Made by a program: the position numbers and the translations under genes. DNA of 248,000 nucleotides from Rhodosorus marinus CCMP1338. Its lineage: Eukaryota > Plantae > Rhodophyta. Below, piece after piece: positions 224,909 to 238,689 of the stretch. Numbering within the stretch: the first letter of the stretch is position 1; each line of letters starts with the position of its first letter. The stretch lies in the NCBI GenBank assembly GCA_029953675.1, contig JAMWBK010000004.1:1012001-1260000 (forward strand). Reading direction: 5' to 3'. A model generated the notes under the pieces. That model did no database searches. It worked only from the letters and a program-made list of their open reading frames with translations, and was not told the DNA's origin.

Positions 224909-227900
224909 TATATGATTCCTCGTTATTGGTTACCACCAACACACCCGCGAGTTCAAGCCAATCAACAAACAACAAGGTTTTCAGGTCTTGCAGTGAGCAA
225001 CAACGACCATAGAAGATAGGCAAAAAGTCCTTACTATTGGTTTCCTTTGTCCCTATGGCACGCAAATTTCCTCCGACCCAGCTCCGTAATGGAGTGCTGG
225101 GTTGGGTTAAATAATGTCGACGTTTCCGCCGAGCCGATTCGAAGCCAAACCCCAATCGTTCCAAGCGAAGCGATGCCCGCCGCAGAGAATTTCTTGAAAC
225201 TTTTTTTCATCTAGTTCTGTCGCTTCGGATACAGATTTGCAGAAATAAAACGGAGGATTTTACGCGAAGCGAACGCGAATCTCGCGGTTAAGATTATACG
225301 CAAACGCTTTTCATTGGAAGAAGTACGACTTTTCCAAGACGTAGAGGCGCTTGTATATTAAATATTAATCTATTCATCATATACGAAACGAGACAATTTA
225401 TTATTGGTCAACAGATACCCAATAAATGTCTTCTTCGTTTTCAAAAGACGGACTTGGTCGAATCATAATGTGTAAAGTGTGCTCCTTCGAAAATTGATAG
225501 AGCACAAGAACACCAAGGAAACCACACGAAAATCTGACCATCAAACAAAGGCCTGATAAAACCATACCTCGAAACGTCAGGCCTTATAAAACTTCAAAAA
225601 CATCAATTTATCAAAGTTCGATTTGCACTATGGCTTTCCACCATCCCCCCCCTTTCTCCATACTTCAAATACCTTGTCCGGATAATCCGGATTGACCTTT
225701 CGCGAATATCAAACAACGTCTCGAGTCCGCAGATTCAGGGCGTGGGAGCTCGCCATGGGGAAAATGTGTCCACAAGAGTCACCACATCTATTTCATCTTA
225801 AAACAAAACATATCAGAATATCTAACCATCGGGTAGGCCAGGGAATGACCAATCGTAATCAAATGCGTTCCTTCCCTTCGACCCAAACAAAAAACAAATC
225901 TACCAAATTTAAAACAAAACAAAACTATCTTGGACCCCATTGACTTGAGTGAAGATAACTAAAAACAAATTCGGCGTCATATGATTGGTCATCTATCAAT
226001 TTTTCATGAGTGGTTCTTGTTAACCATCACAGCGAGATTCATTTCGGGAGCGGGGAAGGAGAGGGGGCGGGGGAGGGAAAAAAAGTAGTCAAACAAATTT
226101 ATCCCCAAATTCTATAAGAAAAATATTATAAATTTTATATCTGGGATAAAATGAGATCCACTTTCACTTCTACCAGTATCTCAATGGGAACCATCTATTG
226201 TGGGGGGGGGTGGGATTTTGTATCCTGAACGATATATCTTGAAAAAGGTGAAAGCAAAACGAAGCCAAAAACTTGGTTTCGTATCTACCCCCTCCCCCTC
226301 CTCCCCTCCCCCTTTTTCCAACGTTTCCACCTGCACACCATCGTGTGATGGTGTGAAGGTGGAAACGTTGGAAAAAGGTTTCCACCAGGGGGTGTCCCCT
226401 TCAGTTTTTCCTACTAATGATGAAATGTCTAATACTAACCCCCTGTTGGCCATAATCTTCCTATTCCTATGTATTCTCTCTCTCTATCTCTCTCGGGGAT
226501 GGGAAGAGATTGCAACTTTATTAGGGTATTGGTTGGTCCCCTTGGATCCCCTTCCCGTTCCCGCGATCTTGCGTCGGAAAGGGTTACTTGGGAAACATTT
226601 CGTGGTCGATTGTGTGTGTGTGTGATGATCGACCTGTTTTTTCTTGGCTGAAAAGACAAAAAGACTGCCAGTGAGGAAAGGGAAAATGTGATTTGGATTT
226701 GGAATTTTCAAGAAGAGTCGAAGTGCGTTGAGTTCAGCAGCAGACACATGGGAGGTCTTGTCCCGTGTCCCGCTTTTCCTGTGTCCCAAGAACGTGTGGC
226801 GGCTTGAGACCGACTCTTCGGAGGGTATCAATGCAATCTGGAACCGCGGTGGGACGGGGGTAGTCTAATGCCACTTAGCCAGTCCTCACGGACCAATATG
226901 TTTTGGGAATGAGCCATACTTTCTATCCACTCTGGGACAGATTGAGCTGAGGGATTTGTACGGACTTGGATATCTCGGCTCGTCAAAATGGAAGTGGCAC
227001 TAAGCTGGCTTCCAGCGTTGGTTTTCAGCTTTCACTTACAAGCCCCAACCAATCACAGTAGCCACTTTCACCAAACCACGGTTGCTGGAGTTGGTGGAGA
227101 CTCACAAAGTCTTGTGACGATTGCTTCATAAAGGGTAGGCCCCTCCTGATCCTGTCATCGCACGGAGATCGAATTGTCCCGCAGTCACTTCGTAATAGTA
227201 CAAAGCTTGCGATCTTGCTTCACGATTAGTAGTTGAGAATCATTTCTCGTCTGCAATACGAGTCGAACGGGGTTTGCATTGTCAGGAGTATGTTTGCAGG
227301 AGTTCCTGTTAATGGTCAGTTAGCGAGTTGGTTGCAGTGTCGGAACTCTGGGCTCATGGTACACCCTCATCGAGCTAGTTTCATCTCCACGTCTTACTAC
227401 ATCCCGAAACCTGGGTATCCGACACTAGGGCTCCTTGGAAATGCTCCAAAATCCTGGGAACGGTCAGGCTCAGAGCATTTTGAGCAAATAGTCTCCTCGG
227501 TAGCGTCACTTTCTCAACGTTTCTAGTCCCTTATGAAATCACAATCAGTGACACATAGCGGAAACGAGAGTTCGGTTAGCTTTCGGAACCTTGGGGGTTC
227601 ACCCAGGCCCCATTCTATATACACTGACCACTCTCTGAGGTTTTATCGAATCTGCTCTTTATTCTCAACCCGGACGCAACTCATCATGGCAAACCTGGCC
227701 GGATCGAGCGGGCAGAACTGCCTGGTGGAATTGTACACGAATGTAGCTCTGAGTCCCAGATGAGCATGGAAATTGATTTTGATATGCTGGCGGCAGGCAG
227801 ATTCGCAAAATTTTCTTGTGCAGTCTCAAACTGCTACGCCAGTACAGAGCATGGGCGCCCTCATAGACAAAGCACTCACCCCGAATCCGGCAGTTGTTAC

Positions 227901-227943
227901 AAGAAAGCTGCGTTGCCCGCTGCAAAATGTCCAGACATGGGCT

Positions 227944-229205
227944 TCACATTCCCATCCTTGAACGACCCCGGTCAGCCTGAATATGCCGAGTTAAATAGAG
228001 CCACGGAGTGGATTCTTTCAGAAACCAATCTGAATAGGATTGAGTATTAAGCCTAGTCTTACCCGCAGATTCGGCAAGCACATCAAACGCTGGGACCTTT
228101 GCCTTGTCTTCGTCAACAACAAAAATTCGTCCCTCCGGTACCTTAAAGTCGTCCCGAAGGAACGCAGCCATCGTGGCCATGCGATCTCCTTGAATCTCTA
228201 GAGTGTCACGTTGGTCGGGAGCCTGTAAAAGATGTGATTGTAAGAGCTCGGCAAGTTTCCTCATCTGGAAAGCAACAGCCTGAAAGTAGCCGCCGCTGAA
228301 GGGAAGTAACAACACACTCACCTTCACGGCGGAAGCTCCACAGGAGAACTTTTTCTTGCAGACTTTTGCCACTTCCGGAATCTTCATGCCGAAGAGATCA
228401 AGGCCGTATACGATCTGGGTAACCGATAGAGAACCAACAGAAACTCATAAGTTCGCGGCACAACTCTTGAACGGATCTTTCGGCTCTAAAAGACTGTGCG
228501 CATTTCACTATCGTCGCTTTCTCGATGAGCTCGGACGTACAGTAACCTGCTTCCTTCCCTTTCGAGCGCTTTTCTGAATGACAATTTCAGGTTCAATGGC
228601 AACTCGTTTCTTCTTCTTCGACTCCTGAAAGGCGGATAACAGCATGTGGTCAGTTGCTTTTTTTCATTGCCAGAGAGCTCGGCTAGCAGTCCTGGATTGT
228701 GTTTTATGGTTTCTCACTTTTCCATCTTTCGCTGAACTCTTGGAAATTTTCGCACCGGCCAAGCTGGAGATATTCGAGAGACGAGAAATCAGGTTAGGGA
228801 ATTTCACAGCCGATCATCATCTCTCTATGACGAAACCAGCTCACTTCTCGGCGAGGGAACCGTCAACTTCCTCGAGTTTGAGATCGGGATACATTTCAGG
228901 AACGGTTACCGCCAGCCATGGTTTACATCTTAACCAAATCCCGAGAGAGCCAAGAAAAGAGTTCATTATGTGATACCGTAACACATTCTATATACGAAAT
229001 CCATCAAAAATAAAAAACGCAATCGAAACCAAGCATCATTCTTCATAGACAAAGGACCAGTTGTATCCCTCTCGTACCTATCAAAGTCCTGTGGAGTGTT
229101 GTACTCACACAGCTCAGGGGGCATCCCGCAGACACCACAATACAAGACCTGCATCGGATATCTAGGATCCTTCTCCTGAACCGTAACCACCTCCTCTCCA
229201 TCCAT
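227944..229205 (-). CDS. DENR: Density-regulated protein / Tma22 (SUI1 domain), multi-exon; 3' end approximate
   Basis: VLYCGVCGMPPELCEY N-terminus; KKKFSCGAS, LEIQGD. Confidence 0.85.
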
Positions 229206-230629
229206 TGTCAGAAGATCTGTTCCTTCGGCGACTAAAGTAATTACACGAGTTGCTGTCTTAGCTATTCGCTTGCTCTCACCAGTTCCACTTTCTAGCAGTC
229301 GCCAACGACCTCCCCGCTACCCGTTCCCTGTGCAAAAAAAAAGCAGTACAATCGCTTCGGGAAGCGAGGGGAAGTTTATGGCGGTGTTCGCGTAGGTGAA
229401 GTTGGTGTCGTATGGCTTTTTTCCACTGCCCGTTGAGAATCGGATTCGAATCGTCTTTGGAGAGGCGCTTCCGTTCGACGTAAAAGTGCAGTCCTATCGA
229501 ACGAAATTGCCTGCTTTTCTCCTCACTTACGCGTTTTAAGACTGACTTCCTGGCAAACTGTTGGGAATTGAAGGACGCCGGGCACCGATCGGATTTCGTC
229601 ACGGATTTCTGACTGTGAACGGAGTGGATATCAGTCACTTGCATCTTCTACATTTCTACGCAACATTTTCATACCACGGTGAAATCCAGGAGTGATCCGG
229701 GTCGTCGCTTCCACAACGTAGGCAATCCAACAACCCGTACTCCCTTGGCTGGATTTTCTCTAGGGCCGCTCTTAGGTCGCATCAAGTCAAGGCATATCAC
229801 AGCAGACATAGGTCGTAGCGAGCCTTTCCATGAGGATAAGTGGACCCAAATAGCCTGCCCGATAGCAATCTCAACTGTCTCTAGAGGTCTTTTGGTGGGT
229901 GTGTATCCTCTGCTCTTTTCCCAATGTTTCTGCAAGTTGCGGCGGGGACTCTTGCTCAGCTTTTTCCTTCGGACGCATCGGCGTTGCAACCATTTGACAA
230001 CTTCGAGCACCTGTCCCATTCTGATATTCCTCAAAAACAAAGAAATCCGTGCGGGGCGAATCAGGAATAAAGTACTAAACGTTGGCTCTCTCTCATGAAT
230101 TTCGATCTTCCTCCGTCACGCGGTGTCAGCACCGGTCCGAATAGCAAGATCTTTCCACTCACTATATGAGACGTTCTGTCTCAAAGTGTTTGGTTTTCGT
230201 GGGTTCATCCTTGGACGCTGTCAACCTTTCCGATGACATTGCCATCGTCTGATCTGATAAAACCAGAGATAGATGATCTCACCCTGCAACTCCGAGCGGA
230301 AGCACAGACGCAAATGCACTCTTGTATTAATGTGAAGAATGGTTTCAATGGCAGTTGGAATGGTGAAGGAGGGGGTAAGCTTGTTTTTTTGGGGTCTGGC
230401 GAATACGTTGCGAGTGCAGTACTTCGAGTGATATCGTACAGGAAGCTAGCAGTAGAACGTAACGGAGTAAAAGGCGAGGGTGAATATCTTCGTAAAAAGA
230501 GATGAGCTATGGAAGTCGGCAAAGTTGAGCGCGATCCGTTTTTGTGGGGTTTGGACTAGCCGCGTGAGTGAGGTTTTGCTGTCCTGAATTTATTGGCTTG
230601 GGGAAGGTCACATTCCGAGTTTCGGAACG

Positions 230630-233398
230630 ATGGAGGAAGATGACATTGATGAGATGCTTCTGTCCGTCACACAGAAGAAAAAAGAGACTGCAGTGGAGAG
230701 TGATGATTCTTCGGCTAGGGTTTACGAAGGAGATGAAGCGTCCGACGAAGATGGCGAGAATCTTGATGAGCTTGAAATGGTTGCTCATGATGGTGATTCG
230801 GATTTTGAAAGTGGATCCGCAAGGAGAAAGCCCAAGAAGAGCGCCGGAAAGGCCAGGGCGAAAGGATCTGGCAGGAAACGCGCCAATGACGAGGACATGG
230901 ACTGGAAAGGAGATGGAGGCAATGACACCGAGTCCTCCGAATACGCAGATCAGTATGACGAGAATCTCTATGGCGACGACGAGGACCGGGAGCGACTTAC
231001 CAACATGAGCGTTAAGGACCGTGAAATGGTGCTTGCAGATAGGTAATATATCTCGGACAATACCAACTACTCCATGGCTTCGCCATTTACTAGCCGGGAA
231101 CGTCGAACAGAATTTGTGATACATGGATTTCACGTACGTTCGTAACCTAGGCCTTGAACGGGCCCTGAACAAGATTGATTCCTGCGTCTCAGGTTTGAAA
231201 CACGGCAGCGTAAGAAGAGTGAATGGGACCTCCGAAGGAGGCTGAGGCGACAGCAGGGGAAACCGAAGAAAGAACGGAGACCACAACGCTCGGAGGAGAG
231301 GTCAAGAGGAAACCGCGATTCCCAAAAGTCCGCTTTGGATAGGCTTGCCGCGGACAAGGCTCGTCGAGAAAGCAGGAGGTACCGGTCATACCCTGAGAAT
231401 CAAGGTATAGGAACGTTTGCTAAGGAGAACATGATTGCCCAACTCGTCTAGGTCTGGTGATGACCGCGGTTGGAAAGCGAGCTCTAAGGGCCCGCCCGTA
231501 ACGTACGCAGACCTAGTCTCAGTGGAGACGAGGACAACTACTCCCGCGTTTGTTCGAAGAGACGTCCTTGCCAAGTGGATAGAGGAAGCGTACTTCGACA
231601 GATTGGTAAAGGGCTTATTTGTCAAGCTATCCGTTGGCGAGGTAGGAAGCTACTAGATCTTGTGTGCCAAGGAGCACTGGTGGTTCAAGTGCCGACTTCC
231701 GGATTTGCATATGGTCTAACCCATGGTCTTGCGTTTTCTCTCCGCAATTTGGCATGACTTTCTGATGCTCATCCTGGATGTGTTAGAATCCAGGGGCGCC
231801 AGGTGTCCAAGTCTATCGCGTCTGCAGAATAGAATCCGTCATTGAGGTTCCTATTTCGAGTCGAGTGGTACGAGCATTTGAAATTTTTGTCAGTTTGTAT
231901 GCTGCGTCGACTGAAGAACAGGTGGCGTTTGAATCTCCCCTTCATGTATAGCAATTTGGAAGTCATTTTACCAACAAGCGGTTAAAGCTCTCCTTTGGGA
232001 CGCTGAAGAAGCCCTTCGACATGACGATGCTTTCCAATCGATCCCCAACGGAGCAGGAATTCGACAGATGGGTAAAGCAAATGGAAGGCGATGGGGAACC
232101 ACTTCCTTCCAAAACTGAGATAGAGCAAAAAGTAGAGGTACTACGCAACCCATACAGCTGCATCACGCTTGGCTTGACAAAAGAGCCGCACGCTGAATAC
232201 CTACGCTTGCTTCTGAATTGTTTAACATAGCAAGTGCGAAGCACGCTCAAGGGCGAAGACCGACCGAGTGAGGAAGAAATTCGAAAGCACCAGGAGAATT
232301 ACGAGAAGGTCAATCCAGAAAGTATCAATCGCGTCGCCAAAAAGAAGGAATTATCGATGAGGATTGAGACCGCGAAGTCGAAGAATGATGATGCTACTGT
232401 GGCTGAGCTGTCTTCTCGACTGCGTTTGATTGAGGTAAGAGTTTGGGACTACCTTCCGTGTGGGAGCCCACCCCGACCAGGAGAGATGCCATCATCGCGG
232501 TGAATTGCGAACAAATCTCCGTTGCGGAGCGCCGATGAGCCCTTGCCGACATGGAGACGTTCTTTGAATTTTTGTTTTGCAGGAAGTGGACGAAAAGATC
232601 CGAACGAAAAGCGAGCAGCGAAAAGCTGAATTGACTGTCACAAACACAAGCGCCCTGCTTCGATTAAAGGCGACAAAGAACAAGGCTGAGAATGACCGGA
232701 AAGATCAAGTAAGCCTACAGGATACAATGCAGGCACTCTTTCAACACCCTGCCCCCCACCTTCCCTCCGAAGCCAAACAGATCAGGGGCGGCTGCGGAGA
232801 CGGGGTCGAGTACAGCTTGTTTTCAATCTTCAAAACGATTGCTGTCGCTGATGGCGTGCGCTTTCTTCCAATAGATTGCTGCAATCAGGAGAACAAAAGG
232901 TGGTGATCAGTCGCAGAACGTCTTCGAACGACTTGAGACCGCAGGTCAATCATACTTTAGCATTAGGAAAACCAAATCACCTGCGCGGACATTGAAAGAA
233001 CAGGAAAAAGAGTTGAACGGGAATGGGCTTGACCTCTCATTGGATCAGGTAAGGCTTTCATCGCCTTTGTCAACCACAGTACCTTATAGTTGGCTCGTCC
233101 AGGATGTACTGCCCTTCTATAGTCTGTCATCTGATCAACTGTGCTGATGTGTTTATCCGCGACGAAGGACTCCGCTGCGATTGCGACGGGGGATGGAAGT
233201 AAGCGGCCTCCAATTTCGAAGCGATTTGATCTCAGCAAAATTGACACCACCATATTTGACGAGTTGCTCCCCATCGAGATTCAGCCAAGCAGAAAATACG
233301 TTCCAGTGCCATTGGACCAAAAAGTTATCTTGCGACGAGAAAACCAAGAACCGAGGAACTCTGTGTCGCTGGAAGAGTTTCTCAAGAAGCCCCTCTGA
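230630..233398 (+). CDS. RTF1: RNA polymerase-associated protein RTF1 (Plus-3 domain), multi-exon
   Basis: YGDDEDRERL..DREM, KWIEEAYFDRLVKGLFVKL, MLSNRSPTEQEFDRW. Confidence 0.88.
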
Positions 233399-233524
233399 TT
233401 GTATTTTATCACTCAAAAACTACGGTGAAGACCTGTACTCCGCAAAGCAAATGTGCAACCTAGAAGCCAAAATCGCTCGATCGCCGTGAACCCAACGAAT
233501 CAACGGAGAACTGAAGTCGGGATC

Positions 233525-234279
233525 CTAGGCCTCCTCTTCCAGGTTTATGGACTGTGGGAGACAAGATCAGGCAGTGAAAGGTAGAGGGTCAGCAACAGCG
233601 GGGGGGGGGGCGAACCCGCTCCCAATCTCCTGAGGCGGTAATGTAGGCAGTGAGGCCTGACGATGACCAGAGTAACTTACGTTTCCGAACTTGGCGTAGA
233701 GTTCAGTTTTCAGTTGCGTCATAGATTCCACCTTGTTGTCGTACTTCTTCTGCGAATCTTCCATCGTGCGCACAATCTCCGTTTTGCACTGCTCAACAGT
233801 TTCTTCGGCTTCGTCTTTTGCTGTGAATATGAATGCCTATTAAATCATAGAAAAGGAACACACACGAGATCGGTCCAATTACTTAGCTTTGGAAGCCCAC
233901 GACACCCAGATAAATAGCCTGGATTCAATACTGGGACAAACTACTCACGTCACCGACAGCAAACTGCACTTTTTCGTTGTCCGCAGCGAGCATCAGCTCA
234001 TCGGAAGCATCATCGTACAGTTGGTGAAGGTCTTTCCTGACCTGTAAGATAGATCACTTCAAAATTATTTATTAGCGGTCCAACATAATCGGTCCTCAAT
234101 GCCGGGACAGCCAGCCCTTTCAACGGATGGGTGGGCTCCTTTGGTCAATAACGTACGCTTAGAAAGGCCTGCAGTTCCAACTTCTCGTTCAGCAGTCTCG
234201 AGAACTGGTTTATCTTTTGCTGATCCTCCAAGGTCACATTTTTCTCGCTTTCGTCCTCCTTCTTCAACATACCCGACAT
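233525..234279 (-). CDS. PFDN4: Prefoldin subunit 4, multi-exon
   Basis: VTLEDQQKINQFSRL, DASDELML, LKTELYAKFG. Confidence 0.88.
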
Positions 234280-234584
234280 TCTCCGCGGATCTTACCCGCG
234301 CTGTGCACGTCGGCGAAGAAGAAACACCAATTCCAAAGCAGTACGATCCCGGGAAAGACTGATCAGCACCAGATTCAATGAACGCACAAACAAGAAACGG
234401 TCTCTCAGAAATCGAACCAAGCGATGGTCTCTAGCTCCTGCTCTACTCATCCAACCTCTCGACATTTGCCCACCGAGTTTGTATCGGCGTAAAGTACTGC
234501 CTTTCATCAGTGAGTGGAGGAAATTCCAGATTCGGGAGGGAGGGGGAGACAAATGAAAGTACCTGAACAAGATTAAATGTTAGA

Positions 234585-235061
234585 ATGCCGGTGACGACTC
234601 CATCTCTGGAAGCGATTCGTTTGTATCGTGATATTCTACGCACATGTCGAGCTTTTACGTGGACAAACGAAGCGGTGCGTGTGTCAGGATACCTTTTCTT
234701 ACTACTTGGCTTGCGCTAACCCAAAAAACACCCCAAAAAACACAACCCAACTCTAATGTGCTCTCTGTAGGGTGAACGCTGGGGCGTGGTGCTCGCCAAA
234801 AGCGCGAGAAAGGAGTTCGAGATGAACAAATTTCTCTCGAGCCCCGAGCAAGTTGCCAGAAGCCTTCTTGTTGGCAGAAGTGCCCTGGACCAAACTCAGG
234901 AGAGGGTACTTAGTTCATTGAATTCCCACTTGTATGATCCGAGAAAATACTCAGTACACTTCTCACCCCCTTCGCTTCGGACTGGTGTTCCCCATCACCA
235001 ACAGGTTGCTCAAAAACAGCAAGATATTTCGGCCGGAAACACTCCCCCAATCCGCAAATAG
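234585..235061 (+). CDS. LYR-motif (Complex1_LYR-like) protein, two introns
   Basis: EAIRLYRDILRTCRAF..ARKEFE. Confidence 0.8.
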
Positions 235062-235357
235062 GCATATTGGAAGGTGCATCATGTCTTCACTAGACGACTT
235101 TGAGCTGGTGTTAAGACGGACAGCATGCTACATCTGCCGAAATAGTCGCGATCGAACGTGCAACGCTGCAAACTGTTCAGCAACCCCGATGAAGAATGTC
235201 AACCCGGACCACCGGTACAACCCAGTCGAACGGGTCTTGTCCTGGGAGTGTGACAGCGATACAAGCAAGTGTTTGGAGGAACCATTCCTATTATCTACAA
235301 CTGTTTATTATTGATCTAGCCCAAAAAAACAAATGTCGACGGGGGTGGAGAATGTGA

Positions 235358-238300
235358 TTATAGATGATACTGCTCGTTCAGTCTCTGGCGAAGCGGATCG
235401 GGGAACGTTGAGTAATACGCTGGCCAGGAAGCCCCCATAACGTTTTTGTACCCAATCAGAATCATCTCAAAGTCTGCCTTCAGTTCTGCTTTGGGTAGTG
235501 ACCTTAGGGCAGATGAGGAAACGGGACAAACAAAGATCCTCAGCGATACGAAACGTCGTTTGTGGTCTTCCGAGCTGTGAATACTAAAACTACAAGACCG
235601 GAAAATATTCTTCTTCTTTGGATCCATGAATAAAAAACTCACCAGGAAGCGACGCAGTCAGTAAAATACAGGAACGAAGGCCCGACCGCTTCCGGATTCA
235701 GTTTCACCATAGCGCACATGCCCCGACAAGCGTCCTCTTTCTCCTGCCCATCCCTAATATTTCTGAGGATGAGACACATCGGTTGTATGATACTTCCTAG
235801 CGCAGGTGCTAGAGACTGCGTATGGATCAAAGCTACTCGACCCAGCGTGATCGCAGTGTTCTCGAGCAGGCTCCGGTTAAGCATCGGTGATTGAAGCGTA
235901 GTTATTAGTCGCGAGAGACTGGCTTCCAAATGAGGTCCAAAAGGTGATGACACATCTGCGCCGTAGTAGGAGCAGGATAGTCTCGCGTCAGAAAAAGGGA
236001 TCCACTCCCATAAAGACTATAGATCCGAAAGAGCGATACCAGGTATCTTATTCGCAGCTCTTACTTTTCCTATAATACATGGCACTTAGTTCTCCAAGCG
236101 CCCAGGTGGCGTTGCTGCACACATTTACAAAACGAACGTCGAGTCCTCGAAAGGTCTCCGCCAGAATGACTTCCATCACTTCCGGCTCATTCAGACCACT
236201 AACCTCGGCTCTGGCGAGGTCGCCGAGAAGGGCGAAAGCCGACTGCCGTACATCCGGTCGAGTTTCCTTCATGGAATGGGTAACCAGCTCCGGGAGCTCC
236301 TTTGTTTCAGTTACGAGCTCCAGAGAGGATCCGAGAGCCTCGGCAATACCCGCGATCAAGTCCAAAGAGCATATGACAAATTCAAACTCGAGCGCATGCG
236401 CATCTATTGTCAAAAGCATTCGAGACCACGGCCGAGAGAAAGTAGCGATCCATCAACCAGTCAGCGGCGGAAAGCAGGAAAGTATAAAACCAGAAAAGAA
236501 GAAAAAAAAAGGCCCAACCAAGCTTCCGGATTTGTATCAACTCACAGTCCGCTGATCGGGAGGCAGCCGCAAAGGCACTCTTTGTTATTGACACGCATCT
236601 CGATAATATCGGGTTTGCGAAATTCGAAGCTTCCTTCCCCAAATGTTTCAGTACCACTGTGAGGCACTCGAAAAGTGGTAACAGGCCGACGTCTCCATCC
236701 ACAAGCTGGTTCCACTTGTCAATCAGCGGCGGCATCAGAGTCTATAGCAGGGATTGATAGAGTTGAAAGAGACGTGTAAGCACCTCAAGACCAGTTCATG
236801 AAGCTACTTTCGATGCATGGTTCATTGCTTAGCGAGCGCACGTTAATGTACATGGGCACCGCCAACGCAGATTCAACGCATTCGGCCATTGTTCCGATGG
236901 CGTCATAGAGTATGAGTTGGTTTTTCCGCTGGTAGCATTTGAACGCCTCAGCAAATGCCTTCGTGACCAATCCCAGCCCACCTACTAGATCTGATCCGAG
237001 CTCCTCCTCGAAGCACGCCAGCGCCGAACACGCAGAGGCCTGAACGCGTTTGTTTCGATCCAGAAGCACTACCAGCAGAGCCTCAAACACGTTCTGCGAA
237101 AGGGGGTTATCTCTCTGGTTGACGATCCATCGCGAGTAGCGGCTCAAAGCCCAACAAGACATCGATCGCACCAAGTGATGATCGTCGCTTAAAAACCGCA
237201 GCAATTGCTGGACGAGATCCGGCAGATACGGGACCATTCCATTCGAGCAACCCTCCGAACAAGCTCCCAGCGCTAGAACCGCACTTTCTCTCATCTGCCA
237301 TCGCTCGCTGTCGCGAAGCCTCAGGCTCAAGATCGGAAGCAGATGATCCAGAAGGGAATCTCCAAACACTGACGCAAGCCCATCAAATGCAGCTGCTGAT
237401 GATTTCCTGACGGACCAGTCCGAGAGCTCATCCTCATCGGCACCGTTCGCCGGCTCTGCTCCGTTCGGTTCAGAATCTCCAGCTTCACCGGCGGAGACAC
237501 TTCGCGCGGTATGGAACTGCGGTCTAATTTCCTCAGGCCGATCAGGAACCGAACAGTCCTCTTCGGAATCTATAAGACCAGGGTCCGTATCCGAGTAATT
237601 CATATTATGCATCAACACGTTGACAATATCGCCCACATACGGAAGCAGAGTTTCACGCGCTACTGGTTTCTCTGCGTACACGAGCCAAAATTCACAGGCC
237701 TCCAGTGCTAATTCTTCATTCGAGCTTTGCGATGTCTGGATCATGTAGGGAACGATTTTCTTCATGTGTTCCTCCAGAATCTCCGGGACAGCCTCCTCTA
237801 GCCTGCATATTGCTACGCAGAACTCCTTTCGAACCTCGTCGCTGCTATCGTTGGCCGCATGGAACAGAGCCTCAAGTGTTTCCTTCATACTTCTCTGCAG
237901 ACCAAGCGGCATGGAAGCCAGCATGTGGTTCACCGCATGTATCACCTTTATTCGTACGTCCTCGTTGTCATACAACAAGAACTTGAGCATCTCCGGGATG
238001 ACTCGAAGAAGCGGCTGCTCGGGATCTTCGTCTAGCTTCTCGAGGGCATCCTCACAAAGCTTGCACAGGGTAGAAATTGAACCGTGCGTATAAGCTTCGT
238101 CGCCCGACTTGAGATAGCCTTCGAGCGCTGGCAATAGTTCGCACCAATCTGAAAGAAAATACGGGAACACGGAACGCTCTGAGTTCGATGAGCATACGGA
238201 GTAGACAACTACGGACTGCTCTATCTAAGCAAGGATAAGGATCAGGAGATCAAACCCGTTTCTCGCAGTTTTTTTTTTCTCTGCATCTGGGTGCATACCT

Positions 238301-238689
238301 TTCAGACCCGATTCCGCCACAACTGAGGCTGCAGCGAGCGATGCAACCTGACGAATCTGTGGAATTGTGTCTCCAATAGCTCTGAGCAGCTCCGTCTGAA
238401 TAAATTCGCGCGATTGCGAGGAGAGCATTCTGTAGGACCTCCTGAGATTGTTTTTCAGCAGCAAGCCTGCACTCTGACGGACGATAGTTTGCTGTTCGTC
238501 CGACAAGTTTGGCCATGGGGCTCCTGCATTCAGGACGTACGCCAAGTACAAATCGAGCTCTGGATGCTCTGCCAATTCCCTCAGAGTCTTATAAGCTGCA
238601 TTCTGTGCCTCATTTGACCCGGAGGAGCCATCCAACAGCATCGACGCCACCCGCGTAACCCCTCCCGGATCTGGTACCCAGCTTCCCAT
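235358..238689 (-). CDS. TNPO1: Transportin-1 (karyopherin beta-2), multi-exon
   Basis: RQSAGLLLKNNL, LEACEFW, DWSVRKSSAAAFD, NKRVQASACSA, DVRQSAFALLGDL, NNA-type ATWALGE. Confidence 0.92.
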